A stretch of 63,609 nt of DNA, filler included, from Candidatus Omnitrophota bacterium (GTDB taxonomy: Bacteria; Omnitrophota; Gorgyraeia; Zapsychrales; Zapsychraceae): NCBI GenBank assembly GCA_015233495.1. It is 5 parts of 5 records of this genome, joined end to end, with 100 filler letters (N's around TTAATTAATTAA, not from the genome) between each part and the next. Parts side by side here need not be neighbours in the genome. Positions count along the whole stretch, not along the records: positions 1 to 14,781 come from JADFXQ010000046.1; 4 more parts are not named here. One strand, 5' to 3'. A program made the position numbers and the translations under genes. Shown here piece after piece: positions 1-8,734 of this stretch. The notes beneath the pieces were generated by a model. It was not told the DNA's origin and ran no database searches. It saw nothing but the letters and a program-made list of their open reading frames with translations. Numbering within the stretch: the stretch's first letter is position 1; each line of letters begins with the position of its first letter.

Positions 1-19
1 GATTGCTATGATGTCATAT

Positions 20-72
20 AAAACAAAAACAAATTACGGAAAGGTGGTAAACAAAAACCGCCTTTCCGTAAT
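20..72 (-). terminator. Rho-independent terminator of the pilin-like pair
   Basis: Inverted repeat attacggaaaggtggt (33-48) / accgcctttccgtaat (57-72), followed on the minus strand by a U-rich run, just after the stop at 84. Confidence 0.75.
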
Positions 73-83
73 CGTTAGTTTAC

Positions 84-776
84 TTATTGCGATGTCGCGG
101 TTAAAGTCAGCTGGCCGGAATAATCGCCCGAAGCGTCATTGTTCGTAAAAACATCACAATCCTGATCATTTCCCTGAGCATCTTTTTTGGTACAAATACC
201 CACGTCAAAACGGAAAAATTTTCCTAATGTCAAATCCGCCGGCTCTAATGTAACCACTGTCCCAGCGTAGGCCTTTAACCGTTTCATGTTATACGTTAAA
301 TCCGCGGTCGGCTTATATGGCTGTTTTGTAGTCGGATCTACACCGCCCTGTTGTCTCTCCACTGTCAAAATAGCATGATCTCCCAAACCTTTGATTTGAC
401 CCGTAGGTTTAATCTCGTTAGCAGCGTCATACGTGATGGTCACAGACTGAATCGTTACGCCAGCTCCGGGTGTGATGCCGTCGGCTTGCACGGGACTCAA
501 ATAAATTTGGTAATACACATTCGAAGTATAAATGCCATTTTTTGTGTCAAAACTCAAAGCGCCTGCCTTATTAAAATCCAGCACCCCATTGGTGACATCT
601 ATTGGGGTTGTTTCGACATTGTCCACAATTTTTTTCACTACCGCAACAACCTGGGTCGCAGCTGGAACATGCGCGTTCAATGTCACAGCTGGCACTGTCC
701 AATCTTTCGCCTGCGCCGCCTGACTCAACAGGCACGTGAAAAATACCGCGGCAATCAATAACATAAGTTTTTTCAT
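84..776 (-). CDS. Secreted beta-rich protein, fimbrial/pilin-like fold
   Basis: Start moved to MKKLMLL (ATG at 776, AAGGAGGA RBS upstream). Sec signal peptide ending AQA. C-terminal ASGDYSGQLTLTAT resembles the G-x-Y-x-G terminal strand of chaperone-usher/WxL-type pilins. Confidence 0.6.
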   Translation of the reverse strand: MKKLMLLIAAVFFTCLLSQAAQAKDWTVPAVTLNAHVPAATQVVAVVKKIVDNVETTPIDVTNGVLDFNKAGALSFDTKNGIYTSNVYYQIYLSPVQADGITPGAGVTIQSVTITYDAANEIKPTGQIKGLGDHAILTVERQQGGVDPTTKQPYKPTADLTYNMKRLKAYAGTVVTLEPADLTLGKFFRFDVGICTKKDAQGNDQDCDVFTNNDASGDYSGQLTLTATSQ

Positions 777-828
777 AGCATCCTCCTTAAATTGTTTAAT
801 GATTTTTGCGTGTATCCTACTTGCCAAA

Positions 829-2199
829 CTACATCTCACCTAAGGAAAACTTGATCTCCGTTGAAAAGTCTCCCGCGCTGATCCCCGGGTAAGCCAGCAA
901 GCGATATAAGACCTTGAACTCCGAAGACGTCCCTTGTTTATCAGAAAAAAATATCGGCTTATCCTCCAAAGGAACGGATTTAAAATCCGGGAAATCCGTT
1001 TTGCCTTGTTCCTCCCCGGCCGGCTCAACTTTAAACGAAAAATAATCGTTTTTAATTTGTTCGCCTTTCGGGTTGGTTAGAGGCGTGCTGATATTTTGAA
1101 TGACCGAATACGGTTTCATTAAATTGGACGCCACCTTTACTGTCAATTCCTGGATCTGCGGCGGCATACTCGGCAAAATATTGGTAAAATTCAGGCCGTC
1201 CGGCGGGGTCACCACTGTCACCTTAAAAACCGGAACAATCTCCACTTCAACATCAATCGTAAAATTTTCTTTCTGAGTCGACGTGTCAACATCATATTGC
1301 AACTGGCCGCGAAAAATCCCGGCTTTTTGCAGTTTTGCCTTATCCGGATTAAATAAAAATTTAATAAAAACGTCATCTTGTTTCAAATGACCGTCATAAA
1401 CCGTGGTCCGCTGGCCAACCAATCCTCCCAATTCTTTCGTGTCTTGACCGGCATTGCTTTCGATCTTGACCAGCAAAACATCGCGGCCGATTTCTTCAAA
1501 ACTATCATTCTGCAGGGGCTTGATAATTTCCTGGTCGATCTTCACCGCGCCGCCGGGATTGCCGGTAAAAACAAAATGGATCAGACCTTCTTCCGTTTTA
1601 TTTTCTTCATAACGCAAAGCAAGGCGGCGGCTCTTCGGCTCTTCTAAAGTGATTTTCGATTCATTGGCGCTTTCGACCTGCAAAGGTAAATATACCATAT
1701 CAACGTCGTTTGTGCCAATCGACCGCGCTGTATAAACAATTCGGCCGTTAAAATCAGTATTGCCGACCAATTGATCTCCCTGCACAAGATAGGAAACCGT
1801 CAACATATCACTCCCGCCCGCGGCCGCCGAAGAATAAATCATTTGCTCGCCTTGCGGCAAATAATCCAAATTCTCCTGATACAAAGTGCCGGCCGTGTTC
1901 GATCCCGCGATGGTATAAGTTTTTACCGCGGCAGGCGGCAAAATATATCCTTGATTGTTGCTCAAAGGCTCAATCAGGCGTTGAAACACCTGATAGGGCT
2001 TGCCATCCGTGGAAGTGATCCGAATCCGCACTTCCTGGTTCATTTGTTGGGCAATATCATTCCGGTTAATCCGCAAAGTGGATCCGCCATTGAGCGGCAT
2101 AGCCGTCAAAGTCAGTTCCGCGCAACTGACCCGCGTCCAAAGACCCATCGCACATATAAGGCCAATTACCCAAATTTTGAATAAATTTCTAATTTTCAT
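829..2199 (-). CDS. Secreted protein with three tandem Ig/pilin-like domains
   Basis: Signal peptide. Three segments of about 140-150 aa end in related strands: TDFNGRIVY, AGIFRGQLQY, AGDFSTEIKF. Confidence 0.6.
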   Translation of the reverse strand: MKIRNLFKIWVIGLICAMGLWTRVSCAELTLTAMPLNGGSTLRINRNDIAQQMNQEVRIRITSTDGKPYQVFQRLIEPLSNNQGYILPPAAVKTYTIAGSNTAGTLYQENLDYLPQGEQMIYSSAAAGGSDMLTVSYLVQGDQLVGNTDFNGRIVYTARSIGTNDVDMVYLPLQVESANESKITLEEPKSRRLALRYEENKTEEGLIHFVFTGNPGGAVKIDQEIIKPLQNDSFEEIGRDVLLVKIESNAGQDTKELGGLVGQRTTVYDGHLKQDDVFIKFLFNPDKAKLQKAGIFRGQLQYDVDTSTQKENFTIDVEVEIVPVFKVTVVTPPDGLNFTNILPSMPPQIQELTVKVASNLMKPYSVIQNISTPLTNPKGEQIKNDYFSFKVEPAGEEQGKTDFPDFKSVPLEDKPIFFSDKQGTSSEFKVLYRLLAYPGISAGDFSTEIKFSLGEM

Positions 2200-2421
2200 G
2201 GCTCATCCTTCCTATACTTAAGTTAATAGCAATTATTGTACCAAGTCGGATTAAAAATTGATGTATTTTCAATAAATATTACGCTGAAAACTATTGGTAT
2301 CAAATGAGATGCGGATGTGAAAAAAATAATTTTTATTTTTGGCTAATTTTCACACAAGCGCTGGTAATTGTGTCTATTTTTATAAACAAAAATGTTTAAT
2401 ATTAAAGACGTCGTACCCGGG

Positions 2422-3438
2422 CTAACCGGGTCTTCCCGCGCCTTTAACTCCCTTTATTTTATAGGAATGCCCTTGATCTTTGCCAATTTCCCTGCCTAAA
2501 GAACGCGCCATGCCTTCCACGCAAAACAAACAATCCTCGGGCGCATCATTAAGGCAAATTTTCCCCGGATAAAGTTGATAATGCTGGCGATGCCGAGTCG
2601 GCGTGACATTCGGCATCAAAACATTTGCGCCGCAGGATAAGGCTTTTTGCCGGCCTTGGGGGTCAATCGATCCCATGGCGGTCGTGGCAGGAATATGCGT
2701 GTTTTTTGTGATAATCCGCAGTAAAGCCACAGTTTTCAAGGTCATTGCCAAAGTGCCGCTCGCCGCGTCTTTCAGCGGCGTCAAAGGATTGGCAATAAAC
2801 GGACCAATGCCGATCATGTCTAAATCAAGCTGTTCCAAAAGCAGGATATCCTCCGCAAGCGTTTCTACGCTCTGGCCGGGAAGCCCGACCATTATACCGG
2901 AACCGACTTGAAACCCGGCGTCCCGCAGAATGGACAAACAGCGCAAACGTTCCTTTAGCGAAGAGTCCGGCTTCAAGGCCTGATAAATTTTCTCCGACGA
3001 GGTTTCAAAACGCAGTAAATACCGATCCGCGCCCGCGGCTTTTAAAGCCGCGTATTGCGCGGCGGTTTTTTCGCCTATGGACAAAGTGACTGCCAAATCC
3101 GTGTCCTGCTTGATCTCGGCGATCAAGCTTGTCAAATCCCCCAGCGGATAGCAGTCATTCTCGCCGGACTGCAGAACAATGCTTTTATAACCGAGTTGAT
3201 GGGCCGCCCGCGCCGCGGCCAAAATTTCGGCCGGCGCCATTTGATAACGCTCAATCTGCCGATTGGACCGGCGCAAACCGCAATACCAACAATCCCGGGC
3301 GCAGACATTAGAAAACTCGATCAAACCGCGCAAATGCACTGCCTCGCCGCAATATTCCAGGCGGACCCGGTCAGCCTCGGCAAACAATTCCGCGGAATTG
3401 TCGGAATTAAAATGTCTAATAATTTCTGCGCGGGTCAA
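2422..3438 (-). CDS. hydE: [FeFe]-hydrogenase maturase HydE (radical SAM)
   Basis: RGLIEFSNVCARDCWYCG (CX3CX2C), YLLRFET, GANVLMPN, YQLYPGK. TTG start with GAGGA RBS. Lies in the hyd cluster. Confidence 0.92.
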   Translation of the reverse strand: MTRAEIIRHFNSDNSAELFAEADRVRLEYCGEAVHLRGLIEFSNVCARDCWYCGLRRSNRQIERYQMAPAEILAAARAAHQLGYKSIVLQSGENDCYPLGDLTSLIAEIKQDTDLAVTLSIGEKTAAQYAALKAAGADRYLLRFETSSEKIYQALKPDSSLKERLRCLSILRDAGFQVGSGIMVGLPGQSVETLAEDILLLEQLDLDMIGIGPFIANPLTPLKDAASGTLAMTLKTVALLRIITKNTHIPATTAMGSIDPQGRQKALSCGANVLMPNVTPTRHRQHYQLYPGKICLNDAPEDCLFCVEGMARSLGREIGKDQGHSYKIKGVKGAGRPG

Positions 3439-3441
3439 GTG

Positions 3442-3470
3442 TTGACATCCTCAAATAGAAATGTTAAATT
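3442..3470 (+). promoter_or_regulatory. Sigma70 promoter of the TA operon
   Basis: TTGACA (3442-3447), 17-bp spacer, TGnTAAATT extended -10 (hexamer 3465-3470), upstream of the ATG at 3494. Confidence 0.65.
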
Positions 3471-3493
3471 TAATACAAATGAAAGGAATAATT

Positions 3494-3706
3494 ATGACCG
3501 TTAAAGATTTAGAACAACAAATTCTCAAACTTAATACCGTGGAAAGAATCCACGTCGTAGAAAACATCCTTGACAGTCTGCACACTCCCGATCCAAAAAT
3601 TGAAAAAGCCTGGATTGCTGAATCAGAAAAACGTTATGCCGATTTTAAAAAAGGTTTAATTAAAAGCGTGCCTTATGAAACCGTCCTAAAACGCCTAAAT
3701 AAATGA
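3494..3706 (+). CDS. Addiction-module antitoxin (TIGR02574-like)
   Basis: 70 aa, L...ER..VVENILDSL...IEKAWIAESEKRY pattern. AAGGA RBS. Overlaps the toxin start (ATGA). Confidence 0.8.
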   Translation: MTVKDLEQQILKLNTVERIHVVENILDSLHTPDPKIEKAWIAESEKRYADFKKGLIKSVPYETVLKRLNK

Positions 3707-3987
3707 AGACTCTTTTCCTTGCGAAAGCCACCTTTGAACTTTACGAAACAATTGACTTCTATGATTATCCGTCTCCCGGCTTAGGAAGCGCATTCCTGCA
3801 AGAATTTAAAGAAACGATGGAATTTATTAAACTATTTCCCGAGGGATGGCAAAAAACAGGCCTCAACACTCGTAAATGTCTGCTGAAAAAATTTCCTTAC
3901 ATGATTCTTTATATCGCAGAAAAAAATAGAATAATCATTACCTCCATAGCCCATCAACACCGCCATCCCCGGGCTTATTTAAGTTAA
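3703..3987 (+). CDS. RelE/ParE-family toxin
   Basis: 94 aa: FLAKATFEL...YD...GLGSAF...RKCLLKKFPYMILY...IAHQHRHP, a typical ParE-like toxin downstream of an antitoxin. Confidence 0.85.
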   Translation: MKTLFLAKATFELYETIDFYDYPSPGLGSAFLQEFKETMEFIKLFPEGWQKTGLNTRKCLLKKFPYMILYIAEKNRIIITSIAHQHRHPRAYLS

Positions 3988-5480
3988 AGATACAGATCCC
4001 GTTCGCCGTTTTTGATCCGTTCATAATATCCTCTAAACTGCTCGTATGCCGACGGCATTTTGGCTTGAATTTCCCGAATTTCTTGTTCCAGGACCGGCTG
4101 GGCGGCGCGGCGGGTTTCCGCGCTGGCGAAATCGTCCAACCATTCCTGAAACGTCAATACCGCGTTCAACTTGCAAAATTTTCCCTCCGTGCCTTGCCGC
4201 AATAAATCCATTATGCATTTGCCGGTGCGGCCGCAGCGGTACCCGGCCGTGCAGAACGAAGTGATATATCCTCGGGCCGCCAAATCGCGGATCAAATCGT
4301 CTAGCGACCGTTCATCGCCGAGAATAAACTGCTGTTTGGTTTTTTCCTGCGCTGACACACAGTCGGCATAACCGCCGATCGCGATTTTCGACGAAGCGTC
4401 CATCTGGGTCACTCCCATAGCCAGCGCCGCGTCGCGGATCGCCGCTTTCTCCCGCGCCGTGATGATCATGCCCGTGTACGGCACGGCCAGACGAATAATC
4501 AAAATAATCCGTTGAAAATCCGCATCCGAAACCAGATACGGCCAATCCGGCGCAATCACAGAATTGAGCGCCGGCACTAACCGCGGAAAAGAAATCGTGT
4601 GACAGCCAATGCCCAGACTCCGCTCCAATTCCTGGGTGTGCGCGACCAAACCCAGCAGCTCATAACGCCAATCATAAAGACCAAACAAAGCGCCGATTCC
4701 GACGTCATCCATGCCGGACTCCAAGGCCCGGTGCATACAGTACAACCGCCACAAATAATTTCCTTTGATCGTTTCCGCCGGATGCATCCGCTCATAAGTC
4801 GGCTGATGATAAGTTTCCTGAAAAACCTGATAAGTCCCGATCCCGGCGGCGTGAATTTTCTTAAGATCCTCGACGGAAAACGGCGGAGCGTTGACATTGA
4901 CCCGGCGGATCGAGCCGACGCCGCGGCGCGTCTTGACCTGAAAAGCGTAAATCGTTTGCAAACTTTCCACAATGTAATCCACGTCATTTCGCGGATGCTC
5001 GCCATAAACCGCGATCAACCGCTTATGCCCAATCTGCCCGGCCAAAACCGCGATCTCTTTCTTAAGCTCATCGGCATTCAACACCTTGCGCCGCGCGTCG
5101 GAGTTCGACCGGCTAAACCCGCAATAAGCGCAAGCGTTCACGCAATAATTTCCCAAATATAACGGCGCGAAAGTCACAATCCGGTTGTCATAAACTTTAA
5201 GTTTTACTTTTAAAGCCGTGTCCCGCATCAAAGCCAAATGATCCGGATCCGTGACCTGAATCAAAGCCGCGGTTTCCTCAAGCGTCAAATCCTGAATCGC
5301 CAAAGACTTTGCCAAAATCCCGCGCAACCGCGCCCCATCCGGAGGCCGTGCCAAACGCAATTTTTCCGGAATATCCGCGGCCGCAATAAAATCCCGGCTG
5401 CCATCCATATACTTTAATATTTCTCCGCCGCGGATCCGTTGACTCATCCACGACAAATTATCGGTTTCCACTTCCATCAT
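3984..5480 (-). CDS. hydG: [FeFe]-hydrogenase maturase HydG
   Basis: FAPLYLGNYCVNACAYCGF (radical SAM), FQETYH, HTISFPR, C-terminal auxiliary-cluster motif CX5CX19C. Confidence 0.95.
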   Translation of the reverse strand: MMEVETDNLSWMSQRIRGGEILKYMDGSRDFIAAADIPEKLRLARPPDGARLRGILAKSLAIQDLTLEETAALIQVTDPDHLALMRDTALKVKLKVYDNRIVTFAPLYLGNYCVNACAYCGFSRSNSDARRKVLNADELKKEIAVLAGQIGHKRLIAVYGEHPRNDVDYIVESLQTIYAFQVKTRRGVGSIRRVNVNAPPFSVEDLKKIHAAGIGTYQVFQETYHQPTYERMHPAETIKGNYLWRLYCMHRALESGMDDVGIGALFGLYDWRYELLGLVAHTQELERSLGIGCHTISFPRLVPALNSVIAPDWPYLVSDADFQRIILIIRLAVPYTGMIITAREKAAIRDAALAMGVTQMDASSKIAIGGYADCVSAQEKTKQQFILGDERSLDDLIRDLAARGYITSFCTAGYRCGRTGKCIMDLLRQGTEGKFCKLNAVLTFQEWLDDFASAETRRAAQPVLEQEIREIQAKMPSAYEQFRGYYERIKNGERDLYL

Positions 5481-5552
5481 TTTCTCCTTCCGGCTTTCTC
5501 AATCCTGCTTTCCTGAATACATAATCAATAGCAAAACCGCGCGCCCCCCCAC

Positions 5553-6764
5553 TCAACACCCAAACGGCTCCAGCACCCGGCGCAGCACTCCCTGCAATAA
5601 AGCGATACAAACTCCATAATTCGTGATCGGCACCCCTGCCTGTTGCGCCGCCGCGATCCGGGCGAGCATTTCCCGGCGAGTCAAAGCGCAGGCGCCGCAA
5701 TGGATGATCAGCTTATAATCTTTTAAATCATCCGGAAAATCCCGGCCGGCAAAAGTATCAATCCGCAAATCTTTCCCCGTATACTGCCTGAGCCAACGCG
5801 GAATTTTCACCCTGCCGATATCATCTTCCAGCGCGTGATGCGAACACGCTTCCGCGATCAAAACCCGGTCTCCGTCGAACAAATGATCAATCGCCGCCGC
5901 GCCCTTGACCATAGAGCGCAAATCGCCTTTATACCGGGCGAATAAAATCGAAAAAGTCGTGCATTTAACCGACTTCGGCGTATCCGCCACCATTTTCTGC
6001 ACCACCTGCGAATCGCAGATCACCACATCCGGAGGCTGATTCAACCGGCTTAATAAACTCGCGTACTCCCGCTCCTTGACCACCAGCGCGGCCGCGTCAT
6101 TATCCAAAAGATCCCGGATCGCCTGCACCTGCGGCAAAATCAACCTGCCTTTGGGCGCCGCTAGATCAATCGGCACCACCAATACCGCTAACCCGGCCGG
6201 CGGCACCAGGTCGCCGGCAATCGCCGGAGGATTTAAAAATTCTTCCGGACAAACTGCCAGAATATGTTTTTTAAACGCCGAAACATAACCCTCCCGCGCC
6301 GGCAAATCCACGCATGAACAGGTCAAGCTGTTAGGCGTCACCAAGCGCAAAACAGCTAAAAATTCCGCGGAAGGTTTTTTAATGTCCGCCTTATTCACCA
6401 CCGCGATCAAAGGGATTTGCTTTTCCCGGCAAATATTCGCGATCAACTCCTCATATTCAGTCCACAAATCCGGCTCCAGAATCAAAAGCCCGATATCCGA
6501 GCGGTCAAAAATCTTATGGGTTTTTTGCAGGCGCAATTGGGCTAAAGCCGAACGATCATCCACCCCCGCCGTATCCAAAAACAATACCGGGCCGACGGGC
6601 AAAAGCTCCATGACCTTTTCCACCACATCGGTAGTCGTGCCGGGCAAAGGCGAAGTGATCGCGTAATCCTGACCCAAAACCATGTTGAGCACACTGGACT
6701 TCCCGACATTCGTCCGGCCAAAAATGCCGATCTGCAAACGCAATGATTTCGGAGTTGATTGCAT
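5553..6764 (-). CDS. hydF: [FeFe]-hydrogenase maturation GTPase HydF
   Basis: GRTNVGKSS, GTTTD, DTAG, NKAD, APKGRLILPQ, EACSHH, HCGAC. Confidence 0.96.
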   Translation of the reverse strand: MQSTPKSLRLQIGIFGRTNVGKSSVLNMVLGQDYAITSPLPGTTTDVVEKVMELLPVGPVLFLDTAGVDDRSALAQLRLQKTHKIFDRSDIGLLILEPDLWTEYEELIANICREKQIPLIAVVNKADIKKPSAEFLAVLRLVTPNSLTCSCVDLPAREGYVSAFKKHILAVCPEEFLNPPAIAGDLVPPAGLAVLVVPIDLAAPKGRLILPQVQAIRDLLDNDAAALVVKEREYASLLSRLNQPPDVVICDSQVVQKMVADTPKSVKCTTFSILFARYKGDLRSMVKGAAAIDHLFDGDRVLIAEACSHHALEDDIGRVKIPRWLRQYTGKDLRIDTFAGRDFPDDLKDYKLIIHCGACALTRREMLARIAAAQQAGVPITNYGVCIALLQGVLRRVLEPFGC

Positions 6765-6796
6765 ATTTTAAATTTCCATTTAAAATGTGAAAGAGC

Positions 6797-8173
6797 CTAT
6801 TTTTTAAAGCCCAAGGACGTTAAATTTTCCGGCGACAATACCGAATCAACTGTTGCCTTTCCCAATTTCTCCTCGAGAAAACTCCGGATCGAATCCCGCC
6901 CGGAGGCCGCAAACTCCTGAACCAAAATTTGGGCGCGCTCATACCCAATCACCGGTAAAAAAGCCGTGACTATCGAAGCCGTGTTTTCCCAATTCCGCCG
7001 GCAATTGTCCGCGTCTTTATGAATGCCAAGCACGGTCCTGCGCAAAATCTCCGCCGCCTTGCCCAGCAGCTCAATCGATTCTAACAACCCATAAGCGACC
7101 AACGGCAAAAATTCACAAATCTGCAATGTCCCCCGGCTCACCGCCTCGCTAATCATCTGTTCATTGGCCCTGACCCGCATCCCCGCCTGCATCACCGCCT
7201 CACAAGCGACCGGATTAACCTTACCCGGCATAATCGATGAACCCGCCTGCACCGCGGCAAGATGGATATCGCCTAACCCGTTTAGCCAGCGCAGATCGTT
7301 GGCAATTTTAATCATATTGCCTGCCGCGGCGTTAAGCATACCCGCGACCTCGACAAAACAATCGGCATTCGCGGTCTGGTCAACCGCGTTTTCCCCGCGG
7401 CTTAAATTCAAACCCGTGACCTCCCGCAGTTTTTCAATCACCAAAAAAATATATTCCCGCGGCGCGCCCAATCCTGTGCCCACGGCAGTGCCGCCCAGAT
7501 TCGTGACCCGCAGCCGCTCTTCGCATTTAAAAGTCCGCCAGCGGTCCCGGCCAAAAGCCTCGGCAAAGGCGCCGAATTCCGCGCCCAGCGTCATCGGCAC
7601 AGCCGGTTGGGTTTGCGTGCGGCCGATTTTTACCACGCGGCAGAATTCTTTTTCTTTTTCCTGGCACGCGCCTTGCAAACGCGCAATCGATTCACTCAAC
7701 CGCCGCAGACCGTATATCGCCGCGATTTTCAGCGCCGTAGGGAAAACATCATTCGTGGACTGATGCAAATTCACGTCCGCCAGAGGATCGACCCGGCAGT
7801 ATTCGCCGCGCCGGCCTCCGAGAATTTCAATCGCCCGATTGGCGATCACCTCATTGACATTCATGTTCACCGAAGTCCCGGCGCCGCCCTGCAAAGCGTC
7901 CAAAGGAAATTGATCGCGGAATTTTCCGCCGATGATCTCGTCCGCCGCCTGAATAATCGCCTGGCCTTTAAGGGAACCGAGATATCCCAATTCCTGATTC
8001 GCGGCGCCGGCGGCTTTTTTGACCAAACAAACCGCCTTAATCAAATCCCGCGCCGCCGGAATTCCGCAAAGCGGAAAATTTTCCAAAGCCCGGCCGGTAT
8101 GAATCCCCCAGTAAACCTCCGCCGGGATTTCTTTTTCGCCCAATAAATCTTTTTCCAATCGCGTTGCGGCCAT
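6797..8173 (-). CDS. aspA: Aspartate ammonia-lyase (fumarase/aspartase family)
   Basis: QGGAGTSVNMNVNEVIAN, QSTNDVFPT, GSSIMPGKVNP. Confidence 0.85.
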   Translation of the reverse strand: MAATRLEKDLLGEKEIPAEVYWGIHTGRALENFPLCGIPAARDLIKAVCLVKKAAGAANQELGYLGSLKGQAIIQAADEIIGGKFRDQFPLDALQGGAGTSVNMNVNEVIANRAIEILGGRRGEYCRVDPLADVNLHQSTNDVFPTALKIAAIYGLRRLSESIARLQGACQEKEKEFCRVVKIGRTQTQPAVPMTLGAEFGAFAEAFGRDRWRTFKCEERLRVTNLGGTAVGTGLGAPREYIFLVIEKLREVTGLNLSRGENAVDQTANADCFVEVAGMLNAAAGNMIKIANDLRWLNGLGDIHLAAVQAGSSIMPGKVNPVACEAVMQAGMRVRANEQMISEAVSRGTLQICEFLPLVAYGLLESIELLGKAAEILRRTVLGIHKDADNCRRNWENTASIVTAFLPVIGYERAQILVQEFAASGRDSIRSFLEEKLGKATVDSVLSPENLTSLGFKK

Positions 8174-8174
8174 A

Positions 8175-8432
8175 TCATTCCTTATTTGGCTTTACCAAAC
8201 CCGACTTCACTGAAACCCCGGAAACACTTCCCAATTTCCCGGTCAAACCGCCCAATTCATCAGTCGTCATATCCACCACCAAAGTAATCACACTGCAATG
8301 CTTGTCTTTGTACGGCACCCCCAAACGAGCGACAATGTGATCGCCATATTCCGAAAGAATATGGTTTACCGGCTCGGCGCTTTTCCGGCGGTTTTCAATA
8401 ATAATCCCGACAAAACCCAAACGTCTGCGCAT
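8175..8432 (-). CDS. TM1266-family iron-only hydrogenase system regulator (ACT-like)
   Basis: Start moved to MRRRLGFVGII (AAGGAGG RBS). VNHILSEY...IVARLGVPY...LTGKLGSVSGVSVK. Confidence 0.85.
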   Translation of the reverse strand: MRRRLGFVGIIIENRRKSAEPVNHILSEYGDHIVARLGVPYKDKHCSVITLVVDMTTDELGGLTGKLGSVSGVSVKSGLVKPNKE

Positions 8433-8606
8433 ATCTCTACCCTCCTTGGTTAAACGATTGTACCAAATAAAAAATCCCGGTTTCTCCTGACGGAAAACCC
8501 GGGATGAAAAAACTTTTCCAATCCGGCCGCCCGCTGTGGCGCGGCCGCGCAAGTTTTTCATCCCTTGGGATCAGGACATTATATCCCTTTTCCGCAGGCA
8601 TAAATC

Positions 8607-8729
8607 GGGACAGCCGCAAAACGCCCATCTGCGTCGTTATTCCCTCGTTCGCTTGTGCGGCGTACATTTATGTACGCCTCCGCGCTCACTCCGGAAATGC
8701 CTCGCATCTGGGCATTTTGCAACCGTCCC
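8607..8729. mobile_element. MITE/REP-like element, 123 bp
   Basis: Imperfect terminal inverted repeats: gggacagccgcaaaacgcccatctgcg versus the right end read in reverse complement, gggacggttgcaaaatgcccagatgcg. Central palindrome ggcgtacatttatgtacgcc. Confidence 0.6.
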
Positions 8730-8734
8730 ATATC

